Source of the DNA: Antedon mediterranea
Lineage: Eukaryota; Animalia; Echinodermata
Reading direction: 5' to 3'
Assembly: GCF_964355755.1 (NCBI RefSeq)
Contig: NC_092673.1
Span: 14,604,948-14,668,947, forward strand
DNA length: 64,000 nucleotides
In this document: piece after piece, positions 50,301 to 62,963 of the stretch
How positions within the stretch are numbered: position 1 is the stretch's first letter
How the letters are laid out: each line of letters starts with the position of its first letter
The notes under the pieces: model-generated
What the model was told of the DNA's origin: nothing
Database searches by the model: none
The model's input: only the letters and a program-made list of their open reading frames with translations
Translations under genes and position numbers: made by a program

Positions 50301-53300
50301 CTCGCTCCCCCTCTAGGAAGTGTAGACGATGGTTCTCGGAATGATAATGTTCTCCTTGTACGTTTTCTGTCGGTTACCATTATTGAAAATGCTTGACATT
50401 TGTAAAACTAAACTACTCTGTTTCACAGTGTCTTAGATGATTAATAACATTTTAAAGTATAGTGTTTATTGTTTGGTAGGGCCCTTATAGGGCAAAGGTG
50501 GGGAGGCAGAGTTCATTTGAGGGAGGTGCGTATTCGAGGGATATATGTTAAATTTGTTAGCTTTAATAATATGGTAACATTTATAATCAAATGAAATCCT
50601 CTAATAGATATGAAAAGTGGTAAAAAAGAATAACAAATGCTTGGTAAATTGTAGATAACAGTGCGATGAATTCTACTACAAATAATATAATTGTGTTATT
50701 ATAAATGTGGATGGACGTTTATTAGATAGTTGGGTTGGTGGGGGGGGGGGGGGGGGGGATTATTATTCAAAGTGATGTTTTATTGGAGAGGCGTTTATTC
50801 AAATAAATACCATCCTAATAATTATTAATACATTATTTAATTTAAATATCTTTTGAAACTAACTGCCGTGACAGAGTGGGCCGTTTCGGCCCAAGAAAGA
50901 AGACATTACGGCTTGCAACATGGGCAGACATCTCGGTCCTAACAGGACACAGATAGCCTACAGTTATTCCTGCCAGCTTACTCAATAAAACTCGGCTATC
51001 AGGATTTCACTCGATTTTAAACAAAATGTCTTATCATCAAATCTCCCTATGTAATTTTATAATACTATTCCCCACAATATATTCCGATTCTTTATGCCGT
51101 ATATTTAATTTTATCTTTATTAATTTGCAGTATAATTTTTATTTTTTAACTACTGTAACTTTACACGCGCAGTCCGTTCCTAAAATAAACAAAAAACTGA
51201 AATGGCTATGACTAATGGCCAACTTAAGCTCCAGTCCTACTATCTGTTTTTTTCTTCCGTCTTCCAAAGGGACACTGTATTGATTGATGGAAAGTGTCTG
51301 TTTCCAGTCACCTTTAGGGTCAAATCTATTATTTTAACTGCTCCCTTGTGTATAAAAGAGAGAAAATAGTTGAACCCAGGTTGTTGCAAGGTGAACTCAT
51401 CGTAAACCCGGAAATTACTTTGACCGCAAAGAATTGAAATTGAGTTGAAAATCTACTGTTGAAATCATAAATTTTGTTTAAATACTCTTTATAATATCTT
51501 CCTAAGATAGAAATATGGAACAATAGCGTCGAACTGAAAACTAATGTTATAAAGTCTACGTTTCGCGGTACATCTGGGATAGATAAGGTAGGTATCCAAG
51601 GCGGAGATTTGTACCGAAGTTTTTGCATTGTGCTCGCCTATGTCAGAATTAACCATAATTGATATATAGATGCTTATAAATTACTACAATTAATATATAC
51701 AAAATTTGATTAACATTTTCTATAAATAGTTTGAAATGAGATGTCACTGTCAGTTCATTGGCAATAAAAATCGTCAGAGTTTGGTTCAGATGGTGGGGAT
51801 ATTTATATTTAAATTGTTCAAAATGTCAATAAAAGGCAAACAAAACAAAAATAGCAGAATTTTTGAAATCTATCCCAGCAGTGGAAAGCATAAAGAAACT
51901 TTCTGTGATTTTATACTTTTTGATGCCAAAATATAAACAAATCAGATACAGAATCCAATTCATGCCCTGAATATTGTAAAGACTCACTTTCAGCTTCAAT
52001 TAGTTGATCTTCCAGTGCTTTTTTAGATTGTTTATAAAAGCCTATTGATCCTGTAAACAAATCAAATACAACATTCAATTACGGCTGTATTTTGCTATTA
52101 AGAAAATATTAAGTATTCTAATAAACTTATATTGAACTGAATCAATATTTCAGCCTACCTTTAATAGATTCAAGTTCTTGCTCAAGATCTCTTTTATTAG
52201 TTATTTCAGTGTATATTTGCGCACCAAAATCTAAATATAAAAAACCATGTAATATTAGTATTACTAATAACTTTTTTAGCACGTCTAATAGAAATTAACT
52301 TTCATCTGGAAATCATAAAATCACGATGGAAAAAGATCTCTGTCATCTGCTGCATAGCACCGAATAAATCATTTACTTCAAAATTTGTGCTCCCAAAATG
52401 TGCTCTCAAAATTACTTAATTATTAGTAATTTATGTATTTATTTTTTAATTACAATTTTTATATTGACTGCACCTTGTGAAAAACATGGCTAGTTATGGC
52501 ATACCACAAAATTAATCAGAATGATAAAGATTGTGTTATGAAGATAGTGAGTGTGTACAGTAGTTCCAGTAGGATCATGCGGAGGAGTCAGGATGGATTA
52601 AAGTTAAAACTGGAGTGAAGCAAGGAAACACAATTTCCAGTGGATTGGATCATGAAGCATGCAACAGAAGGAAACAACACGGGAATAAGATGAAAATTTA
52701 CCAGCAAGTTGCTTGTTTGTCATCAACTGTAAATCAAATGCAAACCAAAATTACCAAATTACAGGAATATGCAGAAATGACTGGTTAAAGGATAAAAACA
52801 AACAAAAAAGAGGTGTTGTGGATAAACAGCTGATCGAACACCATTATAACAATACAGTTTATGGGAAACAATTCAACACGGTTGACAAATATAGTTACTT
52901 AGGTACTACTGTCAGCAATCAAGGAGGAGGAGGAGAAGATATGATGAACAGGCTTCGAAAAGCAATGGGGTCATTTATGAAACTGAAAAAGATATGAAGC
53001 TTCAACATTTATTCAAATTACGACTTTTTATATCATTTGTTTTATCAGTGTTACTTTACAGCTGTGAGACATGCTTGACACATTTCAATTAAAATGTTTA
53101 TGAAGAATATTGAGAAGAATAAAGCGAAGTGAAGGTAATGTGATGGAAATGGATTGGACATGTGTTACGAATGGAGGATTGCTGCCATTGTATGACAGCT
53201 TAAAAATGGTGACCAGAAGGGAGGAGAAAAGTTGTCCAAAAACAAAATGGAGACGAACGGTAGAAAAAGAACCGGAAAACAGAGTTGAGATAGAAATCAT

Positions 53301-56300
53301 CACCGAGAACTCACCTCTTTTTGAGCCAACACTTTCTAGATCCACTTCAGATAGTGTATAACGTCCTTCATCGATATCAGAAACAGCTACATCTGTATCA
53401 ATGATAAATTGTAAATCTATGCCAATCGGAGAATGCAGTTGCTATAAAATGCTTAATTTAAATGTATGATATCATATATAATCAATAAGCTATGGAAATA
53501 TGCCTTGATAGTACATCCATTAAAAATGGTAAACTAAACAAATAATTATATTTATAAAAATAATAACCTATATTGAATTCTTGCTTCTTTCTGCTGATTA
53601 TTGCTGAATGGAAGTCCTCTGGTTTCTCTAATAAAAAAACAAATATACAAAATACACAACATTTGAATAATCTATCATTTACTAGTAAATAAGATATAAG
53701 AATAAAATGTTCCCTACTAAAATTATTTTAAACCAATATTCAGTACAATTACAACTATCTTTTTAAAACACACCAACTTCAGCTCCAACATGTTTTGTTT
53801 TTTGTTCTTGATCCACATCAATTGTCAAGTGGGTTGTAACATCTTTTTCCTTTGTATCTTCTGCACACAACACTGCGATCAACAAAAAACGATATACATA
53901 AAAGAGTAAACAATTCATTATTGTGGATTGCTTCAAAACGTAAGATATGTTAAACATCAAAGAATCTTTGATAACACCAATTTTAAACCAATATGATAAT
54001 GCAATGCTTAAGTTTTCTTGCTCCAACCATCCTATAAAAAAAACACGACACGTACACTTGTAGCACACACAGTAAGAATTGTAATACTGTAGCAAATATT
54101 GTTAGCACAGTATATATAATCATTGTAAATAATTATAATAACCTATTTCTGATTCCTGTTCCTTGCTGCTGATCACAGATGAACGCGATTCTTCAGGTTT
54201 CTCTGTCACACCAATGCTATCTAAATTTGAATAATAATAATTAAGTAATTTTATAATATATACTAACTGTAAAATGTAAGAATAAAAGCTGCCTAAATAT
54301 TTGTAACAACTATTTATTTGTCTATTAAAAATGTACCTATTTCAGGTTCAACATGTTTTGTTATCTCTTCTTGGTCCACATCAATTGTCAATTCCAAGTG
54401 AGTGTTTAACTCTGTATCCTTTTTTGCTTCTGTAGGTAAATGAACATAATGTAACAAAACAAACAAAATAAACAAAATATATTGTTAATAATGTAATGTA
54501 TTAAGAATAGTAAAAACATCCAATGTTGTATAATAGTATTGCTTCAACATCAAATGTTTAAGTATTAATTTTTCTATTCGTCGTTTGTTGATGTTTTGTT
54601 TTTTTGTAACATGGTGTACAATGTTATTTACAGGCTCCTTTGTTGTACATCACCATCAATTTTTGTATTGTTATATTGATAAGCAAATTAGTCAGAGAAA
54701 AACAACTAGATCTGAAACATTTTCTTTAATTATAAAAAGGGCGCAGTTATATTACCACTTGATTTTTTTTATTATTACTGTTGTCTTTTGATGGTCAGTA
54801 CAGTACTCTTATTTTTTACAAGTTCAAACGAAAAGATTAAGTAGAGTTATTTTTTCTGTTGATCTTTCAATTTCAATTTATTTCCACAAAAAAAAATAAC
54901 AACATTGTAGACATTCAAACCCCCAAGTTAAAAATTTCGGGAGGTTTACATATTTGTTAATGGATTTGTCGCATTCACGTCACCGATGAATGTATGTAGA
55001 CAATGTCAGGATAGACCTATAGCTGCCGTAAAATGTTCGTACGTTACTGGTGTTTACCAGCTAGGTCTACAAAACTAAGCTTAGCTAGGCTAGGCATAGA
55101 GACAGTCCAAGAGAGCACATTCACTGCGATCTACTTGAAGATGCTGATCAATGAAATTTCAGAATTTGGCTTTATTGTATTTAATTGATTAAGATTAATC
55201 TTATCAAATTGATGAACAATTTGGTAACATGGAGTCATTCGACTTACATGTACTATATCTATACATAATTTAGGGAGTATTATGCTCATATCTACATAAA
55301 AAATGATTCACTTTGCTGGAAAAATTTTACTGTCAAATGGGATGAACAATTATTCTGATTTCTTACCTTCTCCTTTTAACATATTGAGTGCAGTGTGGTA
55401 CTTTTCATCATCAATATGTATTGTCCATTCTTTTTCAAACCCATTTAAATATTTCTCTGCAAATAATATTTCTGCCAGTTCTCTTAAGAGGTCCCCATTT
55501 CGGTGCTGTACCCATAGATGTTCCAGTGCTTTCGGATCGTATAGAAATACTTCAAATATGATAGAACTTTGTATCACATTGATGCTTGTACAACCTTTCC
55601 TTTTAAAGCAAATTTCAATTTCTTCTTTTCTATCATGGACTATTGATATCACTTGTTTACCATCATAGATAACTTGCAAATGTCGAGTATCACTTGTTTG
55701 TGTAGATGGGTTATCTTCAGAGTCAGGATACCTTCTTTTTAGGTTTATTGGTATTTGTGCACCTTCAATAATAAAAACAAATCATATATTTTAAAACATT
55801 CACATAGGAAGAATGTTTAATGTATCTCCACAGCATTAGATATCCAGTATCATAGTCAATTCTGTAATACAAGTTAAAGTTAGGGTTAGGAAGCTTATGG
55901 CATATGATACAGGTATCACATGTGATATGATACCATATCTACAAAGAATTGACTAGGATTCATAAGTTTATGACACATAAATTAATATACTTGAAAGAAA
56001 GTTTATGAAAAAAAACACTTTTAGTAACTTGAACAAAGAGTACCAAAAACTATAGAATAAATATATTTGTGATTAAATTATATGTCAATAAATTATAAAA
56101 TTATGATACATACAGATATCAAGTAGTACATTCCTTGCTAATGGACTAAGGAGATCAGCAAACCTCTTTATTTTATCTTCATCATCTGCCAAAGTTGTGT
56201 TTCTTTCCAATTGAAACACCACATCCCACATATTGGTTGGATCGATTTGCAGGTCATAATACCCAATAACATTCTTTATGTCATCTTGTCCAACTTTCTT

Positions 56301-56642
56301 CATAGTCTTAAAAAGTCGTTTTCGATACTGGGATAGCTTTTCCACATAAGTGGTTTGAATTTTGTTCTCTTTCATATACTGAACTACAAGATTGTTTGCC
56401 TTGTCTAAACATGATAGATAAGAAATCTCTAACAGAATGTTTACATTAGTTGGAGTAATAACACCAAAATCATCTAGTCTATTTAATAAATCATTTGCTG
56501 AAAAATTGTCATCAGTAAGGTCAGACAGATCTACAATATCAAAAAGACACAATTTTAACCAACGATATTTTTGGCCAGTATAGTGTTGACTGAAATTTTT
56601 CTTTAAGTCCATAAACGTTTGGTTAACTTCACTTCCATCCAT
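44399..56642 (-). CDS. NLR-family immune receptor, 12 coding exons, ~1510 aa
   Basis: Exons 56642-56114, 55762-55367, 54429-54337, 54220-54143, 53860-53774, 53627-53568, 53416-53315, 52230-52159, 52050-51988, 49773-49717, 48075-48037, 47355-44399. All introns are GT-AG phase 1 and the joined frame is open (4533 nt). Confidence 0.78.
48995..49512. repeat. ~140-bp tandem repeat, about 4 copies, intronic (probably TE-internal)
   Basis: Repeated GATGCACAAAAGTT..TAGGGTGG.AAATGGTAAAGTAGGTCAA..GTCATCGAT. Confidence 0.85.
52480..53290 (+). mobile_element. RTE LINE relic in an NLR intron
   Basis: YGIP, VKTGVKQG, VDKYSYLGT, NRLRKAMGSFMKLKKI, WKWIGHVLR, PKTKWRRTVEKE. Confidence 0.8.
55367..55762 (-). 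CDS. NLR exon encoding a TRADD-N-like domain
   Basis: VIQSSIIFEVFLYDPKALEHLWVQHRNGDLLRELAEIL resembles the GSIxF...ALxxLWxxYxxGxL pattern (recalled). Confidence 0.55.
56114..56642 (-). CDS. First coding exon of the NLR: death-fold (DED-like) domain(s)
   Basis: FMDLKKNFSQ...LKLCLFD...DLLNRLDDFGVITPTNVNILLEI; a second helical repeat YRKRLFKTMKKVG...WDVVFQLE follows. Confidence 0.65.
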
Positions 56643-57904
56643 ACTACATTTGGTATCTGTAAAATAAATAGTTGGGAATAAATTATAAAATCCTGTACAG
56701 TATGTGCAACATATCTCCCTAAATAAAAGCCAATTGCAAAAGACTATTCATTTTTCAAATTTGCAGTGGTTTCTAGTTGCATTACAGTATTTTCTGGTTT
56801 TTTTCTATAAACCATTGAACACAATAAATGCAAACTAATCAGTGATTAAAAATATGTTACTTAAGTATAAGATAGTTACATGCTCCACCACAATAAACAA
56901 ACAGTTGTGTGAACCTCAAGTGGCCCTGGAGACCTCGGTTTTTTTAGCCTTTTTCTACATATTTTAATGCCACGTTTTTTTCCTCTGGGCACTGCTCAGG
57001 GGCCCCAGAAGCTTCAGGGCCCCTGGGTTTAGCCAGTGAGCGTTACGCCACTGTAAACATACGGCCTAACAAAAGTGACCTGTCATAAAGTATTTCTGGT
57101 ACTAAATGAACTTTTTTATCGGATATGAATATCCAACACACACTTTAATGTTAGTTGTATCTTTGCTTCTTACGAATCATACAAATAATTTGTTGATTTG
57201 ATTTGATTTTAACTTGTTTATTGGAAAGAAAAATATATCTAAGTTAAATTTACCACTAAAGTGTATTAATAACATTTGCTTGATATCATTTTATATCATA
57301 TAACCCTACCGGGCGCCACTCGGCCTTGCCGGGCGAATATTATTAGCATGACCGTCCTGAAGTGTCCTACTAAGCACCAAATGGAAACAAACGGAAACAA
57401 AAACGAGACCAAATAAGACTCAGAATGTTGCAAATACCTACCAAACGAGAGTAGATAATTATTATGGCTCTTATATGTCTCTATAATTTTTAGGTATCCT
57501 TCACTATTCCACATTTCTAATCTAGGCCTAAGCCTATTTGACTTTTTGTATGTAAAAAAACACATGATGAAATTGAAAACAAGTTAATAAATTTAACTAG
57601 GCCAACTAGACAATCATATTTAATTATAATATTTAATAAATACCAAACTGTATAATGTAACCCCGACAGCATTTTCCGGTTTCTACACTACCTGAATATT
57701 AGGCCTAGCTACTGTAGTGTAGTACTAACACTGCAGTCCCAAGAGCTTTCAGATTACTGCTAGCTAGGCCTAGGCCTGCCTAGGCTAGGCCTAATTTAAT
57801 TTTGCAAACAATAACAATAATAATCAAAATGAATAATTAAATCACCGTATTGCTGCTTCCCAAAAAATAATAATATAAATATTGGGCCTCAGCAGTGCCA
57901 ATTG

Positions 57905-58100
57905 ATTCTACAACATCCACAGTTCATAAGTATGCACCTTGCCTTGAATTTGTACTTTGAACAGACACACCCCAAAAGTAGTTTGTTGGGTCAAAGAATA
58001 TATCACAAGAATGAGTATTCCGCGATTTTTGCATGAGAAATTTGTAACAGAGAGCTCCAGTGAGTGATGCCCGCCCTCATAAGGGCGGATGTATACATAC
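57905..58100. repeat. Left arm of a diverged inverted duplication (partner 61605-61730) upstream of the NLR
   Basis: CAAAGAATATATCACAAGAATGAGTATTCCGCGATTTT versus AAAATCGCGGATTACTCATTCTTGTGATATATATTCTTTG. Confidence 0.8.
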
Positions 58101-58286
58101 TAAATAAGACTTGATTTAATAGATATTATACATGTCACATTAAATAGAATTATGATAATAGTTTTTGCAATTGTAAACTATTTTATAATACATATTTATT
58201 AACAAACTAGTGTACATTCACTTTTACAGACAATTATTTACTAACATGCTAAGTTAGTTCACAAAAAAGGCCTAACACAGCAACAC

Positions 58287-61167
58287 CAGTGGCGTAACAG
58301 GCGGGGGGCAGGGGGGGCGGAATACCCCCCTGGCGGATTTTACCGGGTTGAGAAGCGTTCGATCGGGCTGGGTAACAAGTAAAAAAAATAAAATAAAATA
58401 CAAAGAAGGGATAGAAGAAAGAAAATATAAGATAAGAATAAAATATACGATATATGATATGGCTTCAAATGAGTCACAGTACAGTATGATATTCAAGTAA
58501 GATGATATGAAATACACAAAATCCTGACTGACAACTCGTGGGAAGACGCACTGCTTATCAGTACATTAACATGCGGTCAGTTGACTGTGGTTTTTGGCGT
58601 CTTTTATTTAAGCCGCCATCGCGGGCATCTCATACACAATTGTGACGCTGTGCTGTGCGTGTGAGGCCACCTTAAAAAAATACACTCCTACTAATCGTAT
58701 GTAACGCGCTAGCGATCAGCAAAATGAACGTACTCAGGGGCGCAGCCAGCAAAGAATTAAAGGGGGGGTCAACCAATATGTGAGTATTTTGCGAGCGAAG
58801 CGAGCAACCATGGGCTGGGGGCCAGGGGGCCGCCAAGGGCCCCCGGTTGGGGTCCAGGGGGCGAAGCCCCCTGGAAGCTTTGGCGGTCTAGGGCAATCTA
58901 GATCATTTGAATCGGTTTACGCACACACAAATATGACAATGTTAACACTAAAAAACTGAAACAAAGAAAACAAAAAACAACTCTCATTTTCATTACAGAA
59001 CATTTTTATATTCCAGGCTGCCACAGACAAACACTTTTTTTCTTGCTTGTTTGTTAATTTGTGTAGAGAGGCTGTAAACTCAGAGGAGGAATTATTTGAA
59101 TTCCTCCCTTTTCACCAATACAAAAGTTGCATGAAATGAACGTAGAGAGATGCAAAAGTTTGAAAAAAGAAATTAGAATGATAGCATGGAGGGAGTGATA
59201 TTATTAAATGAGAACCGTAAGGTTAGAGTTCATACACTGTGCAAGTCCAAGAAGCTATCTTGGCTCCGTGTGTATGTGAGACGCTTATCATACCCAGTAC
59301 ATACAATATTTTGTTTAAAAATATACCTATTTTGTTCGAATGTATAGTATAGGTGATAGCTTATACATAATTGTAATAACTAACTTCTAAATTATTATCA
59401 TACATTTTACGTTAGTTACTATAACGGCGCTCTTGACATCGCGTGATGCATCTTTAAACATAAGTTTGGAACATACATTCTTCTTGGCTTGGAGACAGAA
59501 TTCGCGAATGACATTCTCTGTATTAATGTTCATGTTAAAGTGTATGTTCATGAGGCACAATCCCAAAAGCTGCTCATAAGACATGTGATTTCCCAAACAG
59601 GTTTTCGTTCTCCATAAAGTCGAAAAACTCAGACGTTACGGGCATAGGCCTACGCGATTAGAAGAAGTGCACGCACATTCGGGAACACATCTGGATCCGC
59701 TAATTTTACACAGTCGCTTCCATCACTGAAGCTCGGAATGAAGATGTTCGTGTCTTGGCAGATCATCGTACCAAATTCAAGTTCCTTGAAGACTTCTTCA
59801 ACATTACACTTCACTATAGACTCGGGTGCTACGCCAAATATTTTAAAGCATGGCCTGTTATCGGCAGAAAAACGGGTTTTTAACTCGGTTTGTAATCAAG
59901 AAGTTGATTTGGTAATACTGCTCGGTAGTAATCTTCCACAGTATCTCCAGGATGATTTGATCTGTATTGTTGTCTCATGTTTTTTATTTATTTTTTCTAA
60001 AAAAAAAGGGGGGTCAGGACCCCCGTGACCCCCCCACTGGCTGCGCCCCTGGTACTTTCGTGGCTGGCTGTCACTCCAATACTCAATCTTTCACAGGCAT
60101 ACTAACACAACACCACCTGCACAACACTACGATTGTTTACTACAGGTCTAGTCAAGCCTTAATAAATTTAATTAATATAAATCGACATAAGAATATAAAG
60201 TATATTTTAACTAAAATATAAAAACCTAACACTAAATTTACAAGATAAATTCTATTTGATAACTGCTGAACATCGTGGCACAGAGCATAGTTGTTTGCTT
60301 GACATAAAAGGGTATTCCCCTACACAGGTCTCTGCGTGCGTGTGACGTGCCCAGCCAGCTGCTTGATAGGTAGTATAGAGAGAAAGCATGCAGCTCACAC
60401 AAGTGCAAGATGCAATGGTTGAGTGAATTCAGGGATCACCTTAATTCCATGGTTTGTTACCTAAACACCACATGATGGTGAATATGCCTGTTAAAGTCTC
60501 AATGATACGATCCCTTAATGTACCATGTTGTTGCTAGGAGGCTTAAAGGGAGGAGGGATCTAGCCTAGTTTCGGTCGGCAAGAGAATGCCGTCCTCTGAC
60601 AATTTAAGGTCGGCAATAAGGTCGGCAATTGAAATTCGTGGGCTGGAAATTTCACCAAATTATATAGTTCATAAACAAAAGAGTTTAGCCGGAAATGCGA
60701 TTTGCGGCCATACATAGGCCTATAGAGAAAAAAAAATTCGAGGGTATGGTTCCACTAAACAATTTAACGATCCACCCCGCCGTCAAACCTGGTTACGGCC
60801 CTGTTTCAGTCTTCTAACCGGAAAAATTACTACCTTTGCCAGGTGCGGATCCAATGTTAGATTGGGTTTTCACATGTTCAAATGTTATGTCACCTGAGTT
60901 TTTAACGGTGGAAAATGTACGATCATTTTGCTGATTGCTGTGCAATAAATGGGAGTGTTATTTCCAGGCCAACTACTACTAGTTAGGCGCCATTTATCAT
61001 GAATTTTATGTGCGAGAGTACCATTTCCGACGATCTAGGGGTGTCATTTACCAAAATTCGCTTCGCCACAGCCCCCACCATGGGGGGGCTGTGGCTCAAG
61101 TACTTGGTGTCTGGAAGGATTTTCCCCTCTTTGCCCCCCCTGACAAGACCCCCTTGTTACGCGGCTG
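58287..61167. mobile_element. hAT-type non-autonomous element with 8-bp TSD, carrying nested insertions
   Basis: TIR CAGTGGCGTAAC / GTTACGCGGCTG; TSD AGCAACAC (58279-58286 and 61168-61175). Confidence 0.85.
58735..60051 (-). mobile_element. hAT deletion derivative with 5-bp TSD (hAT5-like), nested
   Basis: TIR CAGGGGCGCAGCCAG / CTGGCTGCGCCCCTG; TSD GTACT (58730-58734 and 60052-60056); minus-strand hAT dimerisation relic STLWRTKTCLGNHMSYEQLLGLCLMNIHFNMNINTENVIREF. Confidence 0.88.
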
Positions 61168-61806
61168 AGCAACACCAAAAATCAATGAATCGTTACTCAG
61201 CACGGCCTATTCTTTACCATTGCCGTGTACTACTCTACGCCCGGTAAATTAAGTATTGTTTTTATGATATAAATTAGTATAAAATACATGTTATTAATAG
61301 GACAAAATGTTAAATATCATTAACATTTATTTGTTTTACCAGAAACAAGTTAAATATAGGAATATTATTAAACTATCGTTCGTGAAAACGCGTAAACACC
61401 AACACGCCCGGTCACGCTATCGTAGCGCCCGGTTGATAAAGCAAACTGTTTATACGGCAGATTTTACTAAATAAATTGCATAAAACGAACAATTAAATAT
61501 CCAAATAGTATTTAACATGATGTTGGCATGTAGTTGATAACATTTTTTATCATGAAAATACTACCGGTGGTCTAGCCTTTGATTATTGAAACCGTCACAA
61601 AAAGTTGTATACATCCCAGATACATCCACACTTATGGCGGCGCCCTACCACACGGACAATATTACTGTTACAGGGAAAATCGCGGATTACTCATTCTTGT
61701 GATATATATTCTTTGGTTGGGTGTTGTAGTATTTGTAAGGTAGAGCCAGTACGATCGACAAATAACCGGATACAGTCGTCCCGCGTATACATCATAATAA
61801 TATAGA

Positions 61807-61816
61807 GGGAATTCCC
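61807..61816. promoter_or_regulatory. Palindromic NF-kB-like site
   Basis: GGGAATTCCC next to the right arm of the inverted duplication. Confidence 0.35.
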
Positions 61817-62372
61817 CACGGTTATTTTAGAGTCGCGTTGTTAATAAACGCATCATTGTTATCATATTGTGAGGGAGCTGTTTGTCTAAAATTAAAATGC
61901 TTTACGAATTTATTAAATGATTTTTTTTCCGACTTATTTTTGGTGAAAATGAATAACTATTATGATACTTCCCCTTCAAAATGACCCACTTTATTTCGAA
62001 ATCTTTTTTTTTTTTGGAATTTGACAAAGGGACAATAGGCCTACATCTTTAAGCAAACTCATTCTATATTATAATCCCGTCTAGATCACTTTACTTAAAG
62101 ATACCTCCAATTAGCGACCATTATATTATTTGGTATGAGTAAAGACAAGAATAATAATAGTTTTTTTAAATGTGATAAAAAACAATTAACTGTACTGGTA
62201 CTGGTAAGTTAAGATCACTTAACTTAAAGACACCTCAAATTAGCGTCCATTATATTATTATATTATTACATAGCCTATGTAAATACGCGAACGTGATTGG
62301 TTGAAACTGCATCACATGACTACCGCTGCGAGGATCGTAAATCGTATATATCCTCGAGAACGATGATATTGA

Positions 62373-62963
62373 CAGGGGCGCAGCCAGCAAAGAATTAAAG
62401 GGGGGGTCAACCAATATGTGAGTATTTTGCGAGCGAAGCGAGCAACCATGGGCTGGGGGCCAGGGGGCCCCTGGAAGCTTTGGCGGTCTAGGGCAATCTA
62501 GATCATTTGAATCGGTTTACGCACACACAAATATGACAATGTTAACACTAATAAACTGAAACAAAGAAAACAAAAAACAACTCTCATTTTCATTACAGAA
62601 CATTTTTATATTCCAGGCTGCCACAGACAAACACTTTTTTTCTTGCTTGTTTGTTGATTTGTGTAGAGAGGCTGTAAACTCAGAGGAGGAATTATTTGAA
62701 TTCCTCCCTTTTCACCAATACAAAAGTTGCATGAAATGAACGTAGAGATGCAAAAGTTTGAAAAAAGAAATTAGAATGATAGCATGGAGGGAGTGATATT
62801 ATTAAATGAGAACCGTAAGGTTAGAGTTCATACACTGTGCAAGTCCAAGAAGCTACCTTGGCTCCATGTGTATGTGAGACGCTTATCATACCCAGTACAT
62901 ACAACATTTTGTTTAAAAATATACCTATTTTGTTCGAATGTATAGTATAGGAGGTGATAGCTT
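62373..62963. mobile_element. Second, one-ended copy of the 58735-60051 hAT element
   Basis: Near-identical to 58735-59362, with a short deletion in the GC-rich part; no second TIR seen. Confidence 0.88.
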
